Below are positions 8,538-18,065 of a stretch of DNA of 41,138 nt, piece by piece. Source of the DNA: an uncultured Saprospiraceae bacterium (GTDB lineage: Bacteria > Bacteroidota > Bacteroidia > Chitinophagales > Saprospiraceae); assembly GCA_937995675.1 (NCBI GenBank), contig CALKJE010000072.1, positions 1 through 41,138 of the forward strand, given 5' to 3'. The position numbers and the translations under genes were made by a program. A model generated the notes under the pieces. That model had not been told where the DNA came from. It saw only the letters and a list, made by a program, of their open reading frames with translations, and did no database searches. Numbering within the stretch: the stretch's first letter is position 1; the number at the start of each line of letters is the position of its first letter.

Positions 8538-10678
8538 CTACTGATCACAAACATTTTTGTCATTTGGCGTTTACCATCCAGTTTGATTCTTACGGTGTAA
8601 ACTCCAGGCTGATAATTTGGCATTTCAAATCTCACCACATCTTCCGTCAATGCATCAATAGAACGAGACTGCATTGGCTGTCCTAAACTATTGCTGATCA
8701 TAATCTCCGCAGACAATCCTTCGTAAGCACCTAAGCTTAGATTGATTTGGTCTAATGCAGGATTCGGATAAACAGAGAAGTCTTTGAGGTTCAAATCAAA
8801 TGAAACTTCTTTCACTTCAGAGTAGCGGTAAGTTCCATCCGCAAATATTTGCTTCAGTCTGTAATAGTTAACTCCTTCAGATGCATCTTCATCTTTAGCT
8901 TGATAATTTACATATTCTCGAGAATCACTGATACTCATCACTTCTTCTAGAATCTCAAAATTGATTCCATCTGTAGAAGTTTCCACTTCGAAATAATCGT
9001 TCTTATAATCTGTATTAGTTACCCAATTCATAGATACCTCACGATCATTCTTAACAGCATCGAAGTACAAGTAATCACTTTGCTGCGTAACCGAAGCCGT
9101 TGCACCTGGAGTACCCGCACAACCAAAGATTTTGATTTCGTCCAAATCCCATACTGCTAATCCAGTAGTTCCAGTCTGACGACAGTAACCTAGTAATTCG
9201 AATTGGAAGGTAGTTTGTCCAGTAAATACAAAGTCAGGATCATTTCCTAGATTAAACTGTTCATAACTCCAATTCTCTGTCGTATTTCTTCCCGTTTTTC
9301 GGTAGATCTCTTGACCATTCTTCAATACCCTCATTCCATAATGTGACGGTGGATCGTTATCACCGCTATTTCCACTAATGTGAGAATAGTAGTAAGGAGC
9401 TGCCTCATAAAAACTTAGCTTTGTTAAAGTAGCCGTTCCTCCATTTGTTGGTGCTACGGTAATAGAGAATTTAAAAGCATCATTGCTATTAGCTACAAAA
9501 CTACAAGAATTTCTAATTCCACTACAAATTGCGATACCACTTTGTCCTTCTGTACAAGAATGAACTCCATCATCATGAGATAGAATAGAAGCATTCACAA
9601 CAGAAAAACCTGATGGTGTATTAGTCACGGCTGTAAATTCACTAAAATCATTATTAGAACCATTACTTGAGAATGATTCACAAGCATCAAGATCCCAGTA
9701 AGCAATACGGGTAGGATTACAAACTTGGACTGGCGTACCAGCACAACCACAACCATCTGCAGTTACTACATCATTTTCGGTATCTGGATTACCATCATTA
9801 CAAGCACTTCCTGGTGTCGCTGGGAAACTTGGATTGTTTGGTTGACAGTCGTTGTTGTTACACACTCCGTCTCCATCTGAATCTCCTCCCTGTCCAGCAC
9901 ATGGAGCTGGAGCTGAATTTACCGTAACTGTGAATGAACAAGAAGCATCATTACCGCAATTATCTGTTGCTAAGTAGGTAATAGTAGTTGTTCCGATAGG
10001 AAAAAAAGAACCACTAGATAAGCCTGCTGTTTGATTTAAAGATACAACTCCAGGAGTCGTAGTAATTGGACATCTTTTTTCCATAACTACTTCATAATGG
10101 TCGTGTCCTTGTCGGTCTTTCCACTTTCCATCATTCTTAACCATTACAACATAATCAGAATTATTATAGTTATTTGGTTCGCCATGTGCCCAGTTAGTAT
10201 AAGAAGAATTAGCACCGTTTTGCCATACGAAATTACCTTCACTTGCTGCATCATTGTAACCAATCCAAGCATGCGAAGCAATCAGATTATTTTTAATAAA
10301 TTGATTTTCTCCGCTATTCCCCACAGTTAAAAGATATCCTCCTCGACTAATGGCAAGGTTCTTACCTTCATGCCAAGTGTAATTATTGGTACTTGAGCAC
10401 CAATACTTACTACCATTGTATTGTCCCATATAGGTAAAACCATTTGCACTATTGGAAAGTGCACCACAATTTGTTTGAGTGGTCGTACATTCAGTAGTTG
10501 GATTGGGAGTATTCCAGCTAACGATCGCTCCATTTGCACCAGCCTGTGCTTGAATTGTAATATTACTTGGGCAATTCAAGGAAATCCCAGTAAAATCCGG
10601 ATTAGATCCGGCATTTGCTGTCTGTTGCCAAAGCAAACAACAACACAAAAACGAAAAATAGTAAGTTATTCTTCTCAT
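8531..10678 (-). CDS. T9SS-secreted surface protein with HYR-like, C-type lectin and calcium-binding-like modules
   Basis: Trimmed to MRRITYYFSFLCCCLLWQQTANA (signal peptide). CTLD signature WIGYND...GNFVW...W..GEPNN...GKWKD. HYR-like TTITYLATDNCGNDASCSFTVTV. DSDGDGVCNNNDC. C-terminal FSVYPNPALDQINLSL...YTVRIKLDGK...FVISRL resembles a T9SS sorting domain. Confidence 0.8.
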   Translation of the reverse strand: MRRITYYFSFLCCCLLWQQTANAGSNPDFTGISLNCPSNITIQAQAGANGAIVSWNTPNPTTECTTTQTNCGALSNSANGFTYMGQYNGSKYWCSSTNNYTWHEGKNLAISRGGYLLTVGNSGENQFIKNNLIASHAWIGYNDAASEGNFVWQNGANSSYTNWAHGEPNNYNNSDYVVMVKNDGKWKDRQGHDHYEVVMEKRCPITTTPGVVSLNQTAGLSSGSFFPIGTTTITYLATDNCGNDASCSFTVTVNSAPAPCAGQGGDSDGDGVCNNNDCQPNNPSFPATPGSACNDGNPDTENDVVTADGCGCAGTPVQVCNPTRIAYWDLDACESFSSNGSNNDFSEFTAVTNTPSGFSVVNASILSHDDGVHSCTEGQSGIAICSGIRNSCSFVANSNDAFKFSITVAPTNGGTATLTKLSFYEAAPYYYSHISGNSGDNDPPSHYGMRVLKNGQEIYRKTGRNTTENWSYEQFNLGNDPDFVFTGQTTFQFELLGYCRQTGTTGLAVWDLDEIKIFGCAGTPGATASVTQQSDYLYFDAVKNDREVSMNWVTNTDYKNDYFEVETSTDGINFEILEEVMSISDSREYVNYQAKDEDASEGVNYYRLKQIFADGTYRYSEVKEVSFDLNLKDFSVYPNPALDQINLSLGAYEGLSAEIMISNSLGQPMQSRSIDALTEDVVRFEMPNYQPGVYTVRIKLDGKRQMTKMFVISRL

Positions 10679-11073
10679 GATTAAGTAAATTTTGATAGTT
10701 AAAAAAATAATAAAAAACGTGTATAGCCTTAACTCCAAAATGGAGAATACAGGTTCGATATTTGGAAAATGATAAATAATAACCAAGTCATTGAGCCATG
10801 ATCATCCATGTTCAATGAAGTTATTTTAACAGTTGTTTTTGGAACGGAATAGTAATTATGGCACCAAAGATGGCCGATCAGTTTTAAAAAAAACATTTAG
10901 ATTTGAGATAGAAATCACTCAAATCCAAAATGGACTAAATATTTGTTTGGCAAGAGGTGTTTAAACAATTAGATGAAAGTACCTAAAAAGGTATTTGTAT
11001 GTTTTTAAGACAAGAAAAGCATGAATATGTCACAAAAAAGACAATTATTTTGTTCAAAATTAAGTCTTTTTCT

Positions 11074-12873
11074 TTAATTATTAAAATATGCGAGAATTTT
11101 TCCTGCATTTCCCGATCCGATTATTGCTGCTAAGTCAGCATGGGTTGCTAATTTTATCTTTTTAACCGAGCCAAATTCTTGTAATAATTTAGCTGCTGTT
11201 TTCTCACCAATCCCAGGAATATTGGTAAGCTCTGTGGAAGTGAAATTCTGAGAACGTTTAAGTCTATGGAAAGTAATGGCGAAACGGTGTGCTTCGTTTC
11301 GTAGTTGTTGAATCAGTTTAAGTGATTCTGATCTTTTATCAATGTACAAAGGGATAGAATCTTCAGGAAAGAAAATTTCTTCCAATCTTTTGGCGACCCC
11401 AATCATGGTAATTTTTTTATCTAGTCCTAAAATCTTTAAGCTTTCTAAGGCTGCACTTACCTGTCCTTTTCCACCATCAATGATAATAAGTTGGGGTAAT
11501 GGTTGGTCTTCATCAAGGAGTCGACGATATCGACGATGGACGACTTCAGTCATGGATGCAAAATCATCTGGTCCGACTACTGTTTTAATATTAAAATGAC
11601 GATAATCTTTTTTAGAGGGTTTAGCATTTTTAAAAACAACACAAGAAGCCACAGGAAAAGCACCTCCCATGTTTGAATTATCAAAGCATTCAATATGCAA
11701 AGGTAAGTCATCCATCTGTAAATCTGCCTTTAATGTACGCAAGATTCGTTCAGCGGGTGTTTGTTTATTCATCCTAGTTAAGTCCTCTTTTTTCCGTTGG
11801 AACATAAAATACTTTCCATTTTTTTCGGAAAGATCGAGTAATTTTCTTTTGTCTCCTATCTTAGGGATTGTCATTACCACATCTTTTGCTGGAGGTGTTA
11901 TTTCAAAAGGAACAACTATTTCTGGTGCGATGCTATTAAACTTATCACGTAGTTGTACGATGGTGTATTCAAGTAATTGAATAACGTCGTCGTCCAAATT
12001 TTTGACCAACTCTTGTGTGTATGTATTGACCACTACTCCATTGAGCACTTTGATATAATTTACAAAAGCTAATTTTTCATCATCCGTAATAGAAAAAATA
12101 TCGATGTCTCTCAAAGTCGGGCTGACCATCGTTGACTTACCTTGATAATTATCAAAAGCCGTCAATTTATCTTTAATCTGCGCTGCCTTTTCAAATTCCA
12201 TATTTTCCGCAAGCCTAGTCATCTCTTCCTTAAAATGATTTTTCACAGCTGCGAAATTACCTTTGAGCATATTTTTTATCTGCTCAATTTTCTTATTATA
12301 ATCGGCTTCTGATTCTAGATTTTCACAAGGACCTAAGCAGTTCTTAATATGATATTCTAAACATACCTTGAACTTGCCTGCTTCAATATTTTGTTGAGAG
12401 AGGTTGTAAGTGCAAGTTCGTAAAGGGAATAATTCTTTGATCAAGTCAAGGATAATCTTAATTCTATTTTTAGAAGTGTAAGGACCAAAATAAGTAGAGC
12501 CATCTCGAATAAATTTTCTCGTTAAAAAGACCCTTGGAAAACGTTCTTTCTTAATCACTAGATAGGTATAAGTTTTCCCATCTTTGAGTGCTACATTATA
12601 TCGAGGTTGGTGTTTTTTTATTAAGGTTGCTTCGAGCAAAAGCGCATCTGCTTCTGTATCTACCACGGTGAATTCAATGCGGTGTGCATTCTTCACCATT
12701 ACCTTGGTTTTCCGTATCCGGTCTTTTCGTTCACCGAAGTAAGAAGATAGACGACTCTTTAGACTTTTTGCCTTACCTACATATAGGATCGTATCCTCTT
12801 TATCAATAAATCGATAGACCCCGGGCTGTCGCGGAATAGAAGGAGCAAGCGCTTGGTAATCTTTGGTTGTCAC
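11074..12873 (-). CDS. uvrC: excinuclease ABC subunit C
   Basis: 599 aa. GIY-YIG N-terminus (PGVYRF...ILYVGKAKSLKSR), a UvrBC-interaction region, and a C-terminal endonuclease plus (HhH)2 (LTNIPGIGEKTAAKLL). Confidence 0.93.
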   Translation of the reverse strand: MTTKDYQALAPSIPRQPGVYRFIDKEDTILYVGKAKSLKSRLSSYFGERKDRIRKTKVMVKNAHRIEFTVVDTEADALLLEATLIKKHQPRYNVALKDGKTYTYLVIKKERFPRVFLTRKFIRDGSTYFGPYTSKNRIKIILDLIKELFPLRTCTYNLSQQNIEAGKFKVCLEYHIKNCLGPCENLESEADYNKKIEQIKNMLKGNFAAVKNHFKEEMTRLAENMEFEKAAQIKDKLTAFDNYQGKSTMVSPTLRDIDIFSITDDEKLAFVNYIKVLNGVVVNTYTQELVKNLDDDVIQLLEYTIVQLRDKFNSIAPEIVVPFEITPPAKDVVMTIPKIGDKRKLLDLSEKNGKYFMFQRKKEDLTRMNKQTPAERILRTLKADLQMDDLPLHIECFDNSNMGGAFPVASCVVFKNAKPSKKDYRHFNIKTVVGPDDFASMTEVVHRRYRRLLDEDQPLPQLIIIDGGKGQVSAALESLKILGLDKKITMIGVAKRLEEIFFPEDSIPLYIDKRSESLKLIQQLRNEAHRFAITFHRLKRSQNFTSTELTNIPGIGEKTAAKLLQEFGSVKKIKLATHADLAAIIGSGNAGKILAYFNN

Positions 12874-12904
12874 CGTTTATATTTAGAGATTATTTTATGA
12901 TAGC

Positions 12905-15529
12905 TTAAAACATCTTACCTTGACCTTTATCATCTACATCGAAGTCAATTGAATCGCCTGGTGATAATTTTTTCTTATTTTTTGTATTATCTCGAACATT
13001 CATAATACGGCTTTCTTCCAGCTTATTACCAACTGCTTTCCAACCTTTTACATCAATAAAGTCCGCGATATTTAATTCATACTCTACCTTTTCTTTCTTC
13101 TCTTTTACATCATATAAAATAACCGGTTTTGGTTTGATAGATACAAAGAATAATTTTGAGCTACGATGTTCTGTGATAAAATTGTACTTCGTATTATTGG
13201 TCGTGGTTTCGATCTGGAATCGTTTAACCATGGTCCATTTTTTACTACCATCAAAATACACGGCATTGACGACCAACTTAGGACTAAACTTACCGACATG
13301 TAGTAGTTCTTTGGTATCAAACTTTTTGGTTAGATCCGCTTCATTTACTTCATAGGTACCATCCTTATAAATCGCAAGTATTTTATCACCTGTGTCATAC
13401 TCACCAAGAGAAACACCTCGTTCCTCTGTGTTCAAACGACCGCTCACCTTATCCATATATATTTTTTGTGCACCCAGAGTAGATTTACCTACTTCTTTAA
13501 GTGTAATTTTCTTTACAGGATATTGCGTAACGATATTTCCATTCACTGAACGAGTTTTGATATCTAATTCTTCGAAGTAGTAATCAAACACTTTCTTTCG
13601 AGCCTTAGATGTCGGTGATAATACGATAGATACGACCTCTGATTCTCCGTTGGGATTGGCAGATAAATAATGGATTCGCGAGCCTTTAGCACCTTTGGTT
13701 AGGTCGTAATCTCGGTCACGGGTAATTCCTTTTACTGGAAAACGTTTCGCCATCGACTTACCTGTTTTAGCATCTAGATAAATCATATTATAAGTCATTC
13801 GTTCGTCTCCTTTCTTCCAAACGGCCACATGTAAGATATTCTTACCAACAAAAACTTTGGTTCCCATTCGAACCACTTTCATAACTCCATCCTTGCGGAA
13901 AACAATGATGTCATCAATATCTGCACAGTCACAAACAAACTCGTCCTTTTTAAGTCCAGATCCAATAAAACCTTCTTTACGACTAACATAAAGCTTGGTA
14001 TTATTTGCTACTACTGCTCGAGCTTTGATTGTTTCAAAAGAAGTAATCTCTGTCTTACGTTCTCGTCCTTTACCGTATTTATCCAATAGATTTTGGTAAT
14101 AAGCAATAGAAAAGTCAGTCAAATGTTTGAGGTCGTATTTGGTTTGTTTGATATCGTCTTCTAAGCGAGCAATCAACTCATCTGCTTTAAATGCATTATA
14201 TTTAGAAATACGACGAATCTTTATTTCCGTTAAACGAGCGATATCTTCTTCCGTAACATCTCTTAATAATTTTACGCGCTTATCTCCTTTCTTTGGCTTG
14301 CCATCCTCCGGCGTAATGATGTATTTTTTAAGTTCTTTCGCAATTACTTTAAGCACCTCTTCCCAAGATTCACACTCTTCAATTTCACGATAGATTCTAT
14401 TCTGAATAAATATTTTTTCTAAACTCGCAAAATGCCATTTCTCCTCTAGTTCTGATAATTTGATTTCTAATTCTTTTTTAAGCAAATTCTTTGTTCGCTG
14501 CGTACAGAATTTCAAAATATCATTAACAGACAAAAAGTGTGGTTTATCATCAATAATCACACAAGCATTGGGAGAAATAGAAACCTCACAATTGGTAAAA
14601 GCATATAATGCATCAATCGTAATTTGAGGAGAAATACCCGCTGCGAGATCAATCTGAACTTCTACTTCTTTGGCGGTATTATCAATTACTTTTTTAATCT
14701 TAATTTTCCCTTTATCATTCGCCTTGATGATGCTATCGATCAAGTTAGTCGTGGTAATATTGTAAGGCAAATCTTTTACCAGTAAGGTAGTCTTATCTTT
14801 CTGTTCAATTCTAGCACGCACCTTAATTTTCCCACCTCGTTTACCAAGATTATATTCCGTAGCATCCATTAGGCCACCTGTCTGAAAATCAGGTAAAATT
14901 CTAAACGGTTTATCTTGTAAAATTTTAATAGAAGCTCGAATGAGTTCAATAAAATTATGAGGCATGATCTTGGTCGACAGTCCCACCGCAATCCCTTCTA
15001 CTCCTTGAGCAAGAACGAGCGGAAATTTCATCGGGAGATTGATCGGTTCTTGATTACGACCATCGTAAGAATATTGCCATTCGGTCGTCTGTGGATTGAA
15101 AGCTACTTCGAGTGCAAATTTGGTTAATCGTCCTTCAATATAACGTGGTGCAGCAGCTCGGTCTCCGGTACGTTGATCTCCCCAGTTTCCTTGCGGATCG
15201 ATTAATAGATCTTTTTGGCCAAGATTCACAAGGGCGTCTCCGATGGCAGCATCTCCGTGCGGATGATATTGCATGGTTTGTCCAATCACGTTGGCGATCT
15301 TATGATAACGACCGTCATCCATCTTTTTCAGTGCGTGTAAGATACGACGTTGTACGGGTTTTAGTCCATCTTCAATAGAGGGAACGGCTCTTTCCAAGAT
15401 TACGTAGGAAGCGTAATCCAGAAAATAATCCTGATACATACCACTTAGGGAAATATTGCCTTCTTCGGTAACCGCACGGCTAGGAGCGATTAGCTTGTCT
15501 TTCTTTCGGGAACCTTTGTTTTTACTCAT
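12905..15529 (-). CDS. parC: DNA topoisomerase IV subunit A
   Basis: Trimmed to MSKNKGS. ILERAVPSIEDGLKPVQRRILH, QYHPHGDAAIGDALV and LLIDPQGNWGD match the Bacteroidota ParC pattern rather than GyrA. A long C-terminal beta-pinwheel region follows. Confidence 0.85.
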   Translation of the reverse strand: MSKNKGSRKKDKLIAPSRAVTEEGNISLSGMYQDYFLDYASYVILERAVPSIEDGLKPVQRRILHALKKMDDGRYHKIANVIGQTMQYHPHGDAAIGDALVNLGQKDLLIDPQGNWGDQRTGDRAAAPRYIEGRLTKFALEVAFNPQTTEWQYSYDGRNQEPINLPMKFPLVLAQGVEGIAVGLSTKIMPHNFIELIRASIKILQDKPFRILPDFQTGGLMDATEYNLGKRGGKIKVRARIEQKDKTTLLVKDLPYNITTTNLIDSIIKANDKGKIKIKKVIDNTAKEVEVQIDLAAGISPQITIDALYAFTNCEVSISPNACVIIDDKPHFLSVNDILKFCTQRTKNLLKKELEIKLSELEEKWHFASLEKIFIQNRIYREIEECESWEEVLKVIAKELKKYIITPEDGKPKKGDKRVKLLRDVTEEDIARLTEIKIRRISKYNAFKADELIARLEDDIKQTKYDLKHLTDFSIAYYQNLLDKYGKGRERKTEITSFETIKARAVVANNTKLYVSRKEGFIGSGLKKDEFVCDCADIDDIIVFRKDGVMKVVRMGTKVFVGKNILHVAVWKKGDERMTYNMIYLDAKTGKSMAKRFPVKGITRDRDYDLTKGAKGSRIHYLSANPNGESEVVSIVLSPTSKARKKVFDYYFEELDIKTRSVNGNIVTQYPVKKITLKEVGKSTLGAQKIYMDKVSGRLNTEERGVSLGEYDTGDKILAIYKDGTYEVNEADLTKKFDTKELLHVGKFSPKLVVNAVYFDGSKKWTMVKRFQIETTTNNTKYNFITEHRSSKLFFVSIKPKPVILYDVKEKKEKVEYELNIADFIDVKGWKAVGNKLEESRIMNVRDNTKNKKKLSPGDSIDFDVDDKGQGKMF

Positions 15530-15841
15530 TGATAATAGTGTATATAATGCGATCCAAATGGATGAACAAATATACAAAATTACTAGAGAAATAAAAAACA
15601 ATTTGTTGATTATTTCTTGCGTTCATTCTGTCCTAAATAATCCGTTTGGCAGAAAAAGAATTGAACTAATAAGGATAAATGGTCATTCTCACTTTTCAGA
15701 AAAAATAGGTTAGATTTCGGTAAGTATTTTTAAATGCTGAACATCTTGCCTTATTTAGGGTTTAGGAGGAATAGTGCTATCCAATAAAAAAATTCAACTA
15801 TAATGATAACACTTTAACAACTTTATTTAAAAGATTCCATT

Positions 15842-16375
15842 ATGAGTAACAAATTATCTTTAGCGATTATTTTATTAATTCCGTTTTATCTTAGCTCTTG
15901 TCTAAACGACAATCCCAATATAAACGATCAAGGGGAAGACGAACTCAAAACCTTAGAGATGTCAACTCCAATTAATCGAAATGAAATCGTCTTTACTGAT
16001 ACCATGTATGTGCCCATTTACTCTGATATTTATATAGATGCCACTAATTTAAAAAGTCTACTGGCTGCAACCTTAAGTATTCGAAATACCAGTTTTACCG
16101 ACTCCTTATTTATTTCTTTAATCGATTATTATAATACAAATGGTGATTTAGTTCGCAAATATATTGACCGACCAATCAGTTTACCACCAATGGCCTCCAT
16201 TAATTATGTAGTAGAAAGAGAAGATGATACCGGAGGATCTGGAGCTAACTTTATTGTGGCACTGGAAGCAAAAAACAAAAACATCAAACCTATAATCCAA
16301 GCGATCATGATTGGTCAAAACGGCAACAAAGGGTTCTCTTTCACTAGTGAAGCATATTCTCTAAAAAATAATTAA
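15842..16375 (+). CDS. lipoprotein, DUF3124-like
   Basis: Lipobox LSSC at the N-terminus. MYVPIYSDIY and ATLSIRNTS motifs match my recollection of DUF3124. Confidence 0.55.
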   Translation: MSNKLSLAIILLIPFYLSSCLNDNPNINDQGEDELKTLEMSTPINRNEIVFTDTMYVPIYSDIYIDATNLKSLLAATLSIRNTSFTDSLFISLIDYYNTNGDLVRKYIDRPISLPPMASINYVVEREDDTGGSGANFIVALEAKNKNIKPIIQAIMIGQNGNKGFSFTSEAYSLKNN

Positions 16376-16465
16376 CACCAACTGAACATAGGTAATACAA
16401 GATCGTTATAGTATTAAAATCAAAATATACATATTTTTAATTAAAAAATATATAAATCAAAACTT

Positions 16466-16633
16466 ATGTTACGTTACGCAGTCAATTTTCTAATTATTGC
16501 CATTGTGGCAGGGATACTTGGATTCAGTGGCATCGCAGGAGGTGCAGCCTCTATTGCTCAAATGCTATTCTACGTCTTTCTTATCTTACTAATAATATCT
16601 ATTGTAAAACACCTACTGACTAAAACTGCTTAG
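16466..16633 (+). CDS. small membrane protein, DUF1328/UPF0391-like (not in the ORF track)
   Basis: Hand translation: [55 protein letters not shown] (55 aa). Two TM helices and the GFxGIAG motif typical of this family. Followed by a terminator. Confidence 0.75.
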   Translation: MLRYAVNFLIIAIVAGILGFSGIAGGAASIAQMLFYVFLILLIISIVKHLLTKTA

Positions 16634-16670
16634 ATTACAAAAGACTGGTTAGAAATACACCAATAAAAAA

Positions 16671-16703
16671 GCCATCAACTTAAACAAGTTATTGGCTTTT
16701 TTT
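16671..16703 (+). terminator. rho-independent terminator after the DUF1328-like gene
   Basis: gccatcaactt / aagttattggc stem (2 mismatches) followed by T7. Confidence 0.65.
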
Positions 16704-16759
16704 AATTTCAACGATTAATTGACGTGTCAAATATTTATTTACCACTTGAAACTTTAAAC

Positions 16760-16798
16760 AAAAAAAAGGAACCGAGAGATTTTTAATCTTTCGATTCC
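16760..16798 (-). terminator. rho-independent terminator after the sigma-factor gene
   Basis: On the minus strand, ggaatcgaaagat...atctctcggttcc followed by T8. Confidence 0.7.
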
Positions 16799-16837
16799 AG
16801 TTCATAGGATTTTATTGATATTTTTTTTTGCTAAAAA

Positions 16838-17362
16838 CTATGCAGCTTTCAGAGGATTGATGTCATATCTACTAATAACCTTCGCGGATAATTTTTTACG
16901 AGCATAAAAAATCCGGCTTTTTATTGTGCCCATTGGTAAGTCCATTTTTTCGGCAATTTCATTATAATGATATCCTTCTGTATACATTTTGAAAGGTATG
17001 GCATATTTATCATCAAGATCATTGACCATTCCTCTCAACTCTTTCAGCAAAATTATTTTTTCTCCGTTCATTTCTGTACTTGTATTTCCAGGTAGGAATG
17101 ATAGATCTTCAATTGGCTTGATCACTGCGTTTTTAGTCTTTGCTCTTCGGTAATGATTGATGTAAGAATTGTACATAATTGTGGTGACCCATGCTTTAAA
17201 GTTTGTCCCTTCTTTGAAACGATCTCTATTGGCAAAACTGCGCATCATCGTCTCTTGCATTAAATCTTTTGCATTTTCTTGATTACGTGTTAATTTCATA
17301 GAAAAGCCAATTAGTAAAGATTTTATTTTATTTATTTCAGCATTAAAGATGGCGGTTGTCAT
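16838..17362 (-). CDS. ECF-type sigma-70 family RNA polymerase sigma factor
   Basis: 174 aa. Region 2 (AKDLMQETMMRSF...FKAWVTTIMYNSYINHYR) and region 4 HTH (YNEIAEKMDLPMGTIKSRIFYARKKL). Confidence 0.85.
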   Translation of the reverse strand: MTTAIFNAEINKIKSLLIGFSMKLTRNQENAKDLMQETMMRSFANRDRFKEGTNFKAWVTTIMYNSYINHYRRAKTKNAVIKPIEDLSFLPGNTSTEMNGEKIILLKELRGMVNDLDDKYAIPFKMYTEGYHYNEIAEKMDLPMGTIKSRIFYARKKLSAKVISRYDINPLKAA

Positions 17363-17429
17363 AATATTTATTTTTGATTTTGGTAAAAGTATAAGTGTCG
17401 TAAGAAATTATTTTGATACATAGCTAATG

Positions 17430-17846
17430 CTAAGCAGCTTTGGGTCTGGAAAGGCTGATGGTAAGTGCTTCGAAATGTCGACTGATAAAGGAAGCATAAG
17501 ACTTTGCTACTTCAAAGTGCATACAATTTAGGAGGTCTACCTCCTGAACAAAATCATCCTCCTGTTCTTTATTAATGGTGCCTGCTGCTATTTGCTCGAT
17601 CATCCGATTTTTCAGATCTTCAGCAATATTAGAGAGCTTCGCTTGTTTGGTTAAATACAACTCAGCTTTTTCTCTAATGGATACTCTCTGGTTTACTTTG
17701 CTGATTAAAAATAATTGGCGATAGCTCTTCTCCATTTTGATTTCATAATGAGCTACTGCTTTAATCAGATTGACAATTACGGGAAACATCTTTCCTTTTC
17801 CAGTCTCTCTAGTCGTTTTCGGTTGAAATGCAATTGCGTTTGTCAT
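17430..17846 (-). CDS. hypothetical soluble helical protein, first gene of the sigma-factor unit
   Basis: Trimmed to MTNAIAFQPK (ATG 17844-17846). 138 aa with no TM segment and no recognisable family. 67 nt upstream of the sigma gene on the same strand. Confidence 0.55.
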   Translation of the reverse strand: MTNAIAFQPKTTRETGKGKMFPVIVNLIKAVAHYEIKMEKSYRQLFLISKVNQRVSIREKAELYLTKQAKLSNIAEDLKNRMIEQIAAGTINKEQEDDFVQEVDLLNCMHFEVAKSYASFISRHFEALTISLSRPKAA

Positions 17847-17927
17847 AATTCGTATTTTTAAATTTGATTGAAGTGTGAAAAGCACCAATAAATATTTGTA
17901 TTCACCTCTTCACACACTCTTTGTATT

Positions 17928-17942
17928 TCAAACCGCGTGCCA
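17928..17942 (-). promoter_or_regulatory. candidate sigma-54 (-24/-12) promoter
   Basis: The minus strand reads TGGCACG-CGGT-TTGA. The -24 element and spacing are exact; the -12 GC is GA. It lies 82 nt upstream of the 17846 start and is divergent from the sigma-54 activator gene. Confidence 0.55.
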
Positions 17943-17970
17943 ACTTCATAAATCACTGTAAATCAAATAC

Positions 17971-18032
17971 TTATGATAATTATTCAGAAAATTATTTTAT
18001 GATATTTCAGAAAAATGATGATATTTAAGAAA
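17971..18032. promoter_or_regulatory. three direct repeats, possible activator binding sites
   Basis: TTATGATAATTATTCAGAAAA, TTATGATATTTCAGAAAAA and TGATGATATTTAAGAAA lie in the divergent intergenic region. Confidence 0.35.
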
Positions 18033-18065
18033 TAAGAATTATCTTTACGATCTATTTTAAAATAA

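Noticed and set aside
10097-10684. ORFs 10097..10330(+), 10327..10539(-) and 10421..10684(+) inside the lectin gene
   Set aside because: They are alternate-frame or antisense ORFs within a gene whose main frame shows CTLD, HYR and T9SS motifs.
11342-15713. Antisense ORFs inside uvrC and parC (11342..11599, 11669..11980, 13105..13580, 14127..14393, 15112..15378) and 15456..15713
   Set aside because: They are shadows of long, well-supported genes. ORF 15456..15713 merely spans the parC 5' end and promoter region.
16838-17846. Both the sigma factor and the upstream 138-aa protein end in ...KAA with similar 3' DNA (aaagctgc)
   Set aside because: A three-residue coincidence, with no extended similarity between the two proteins.
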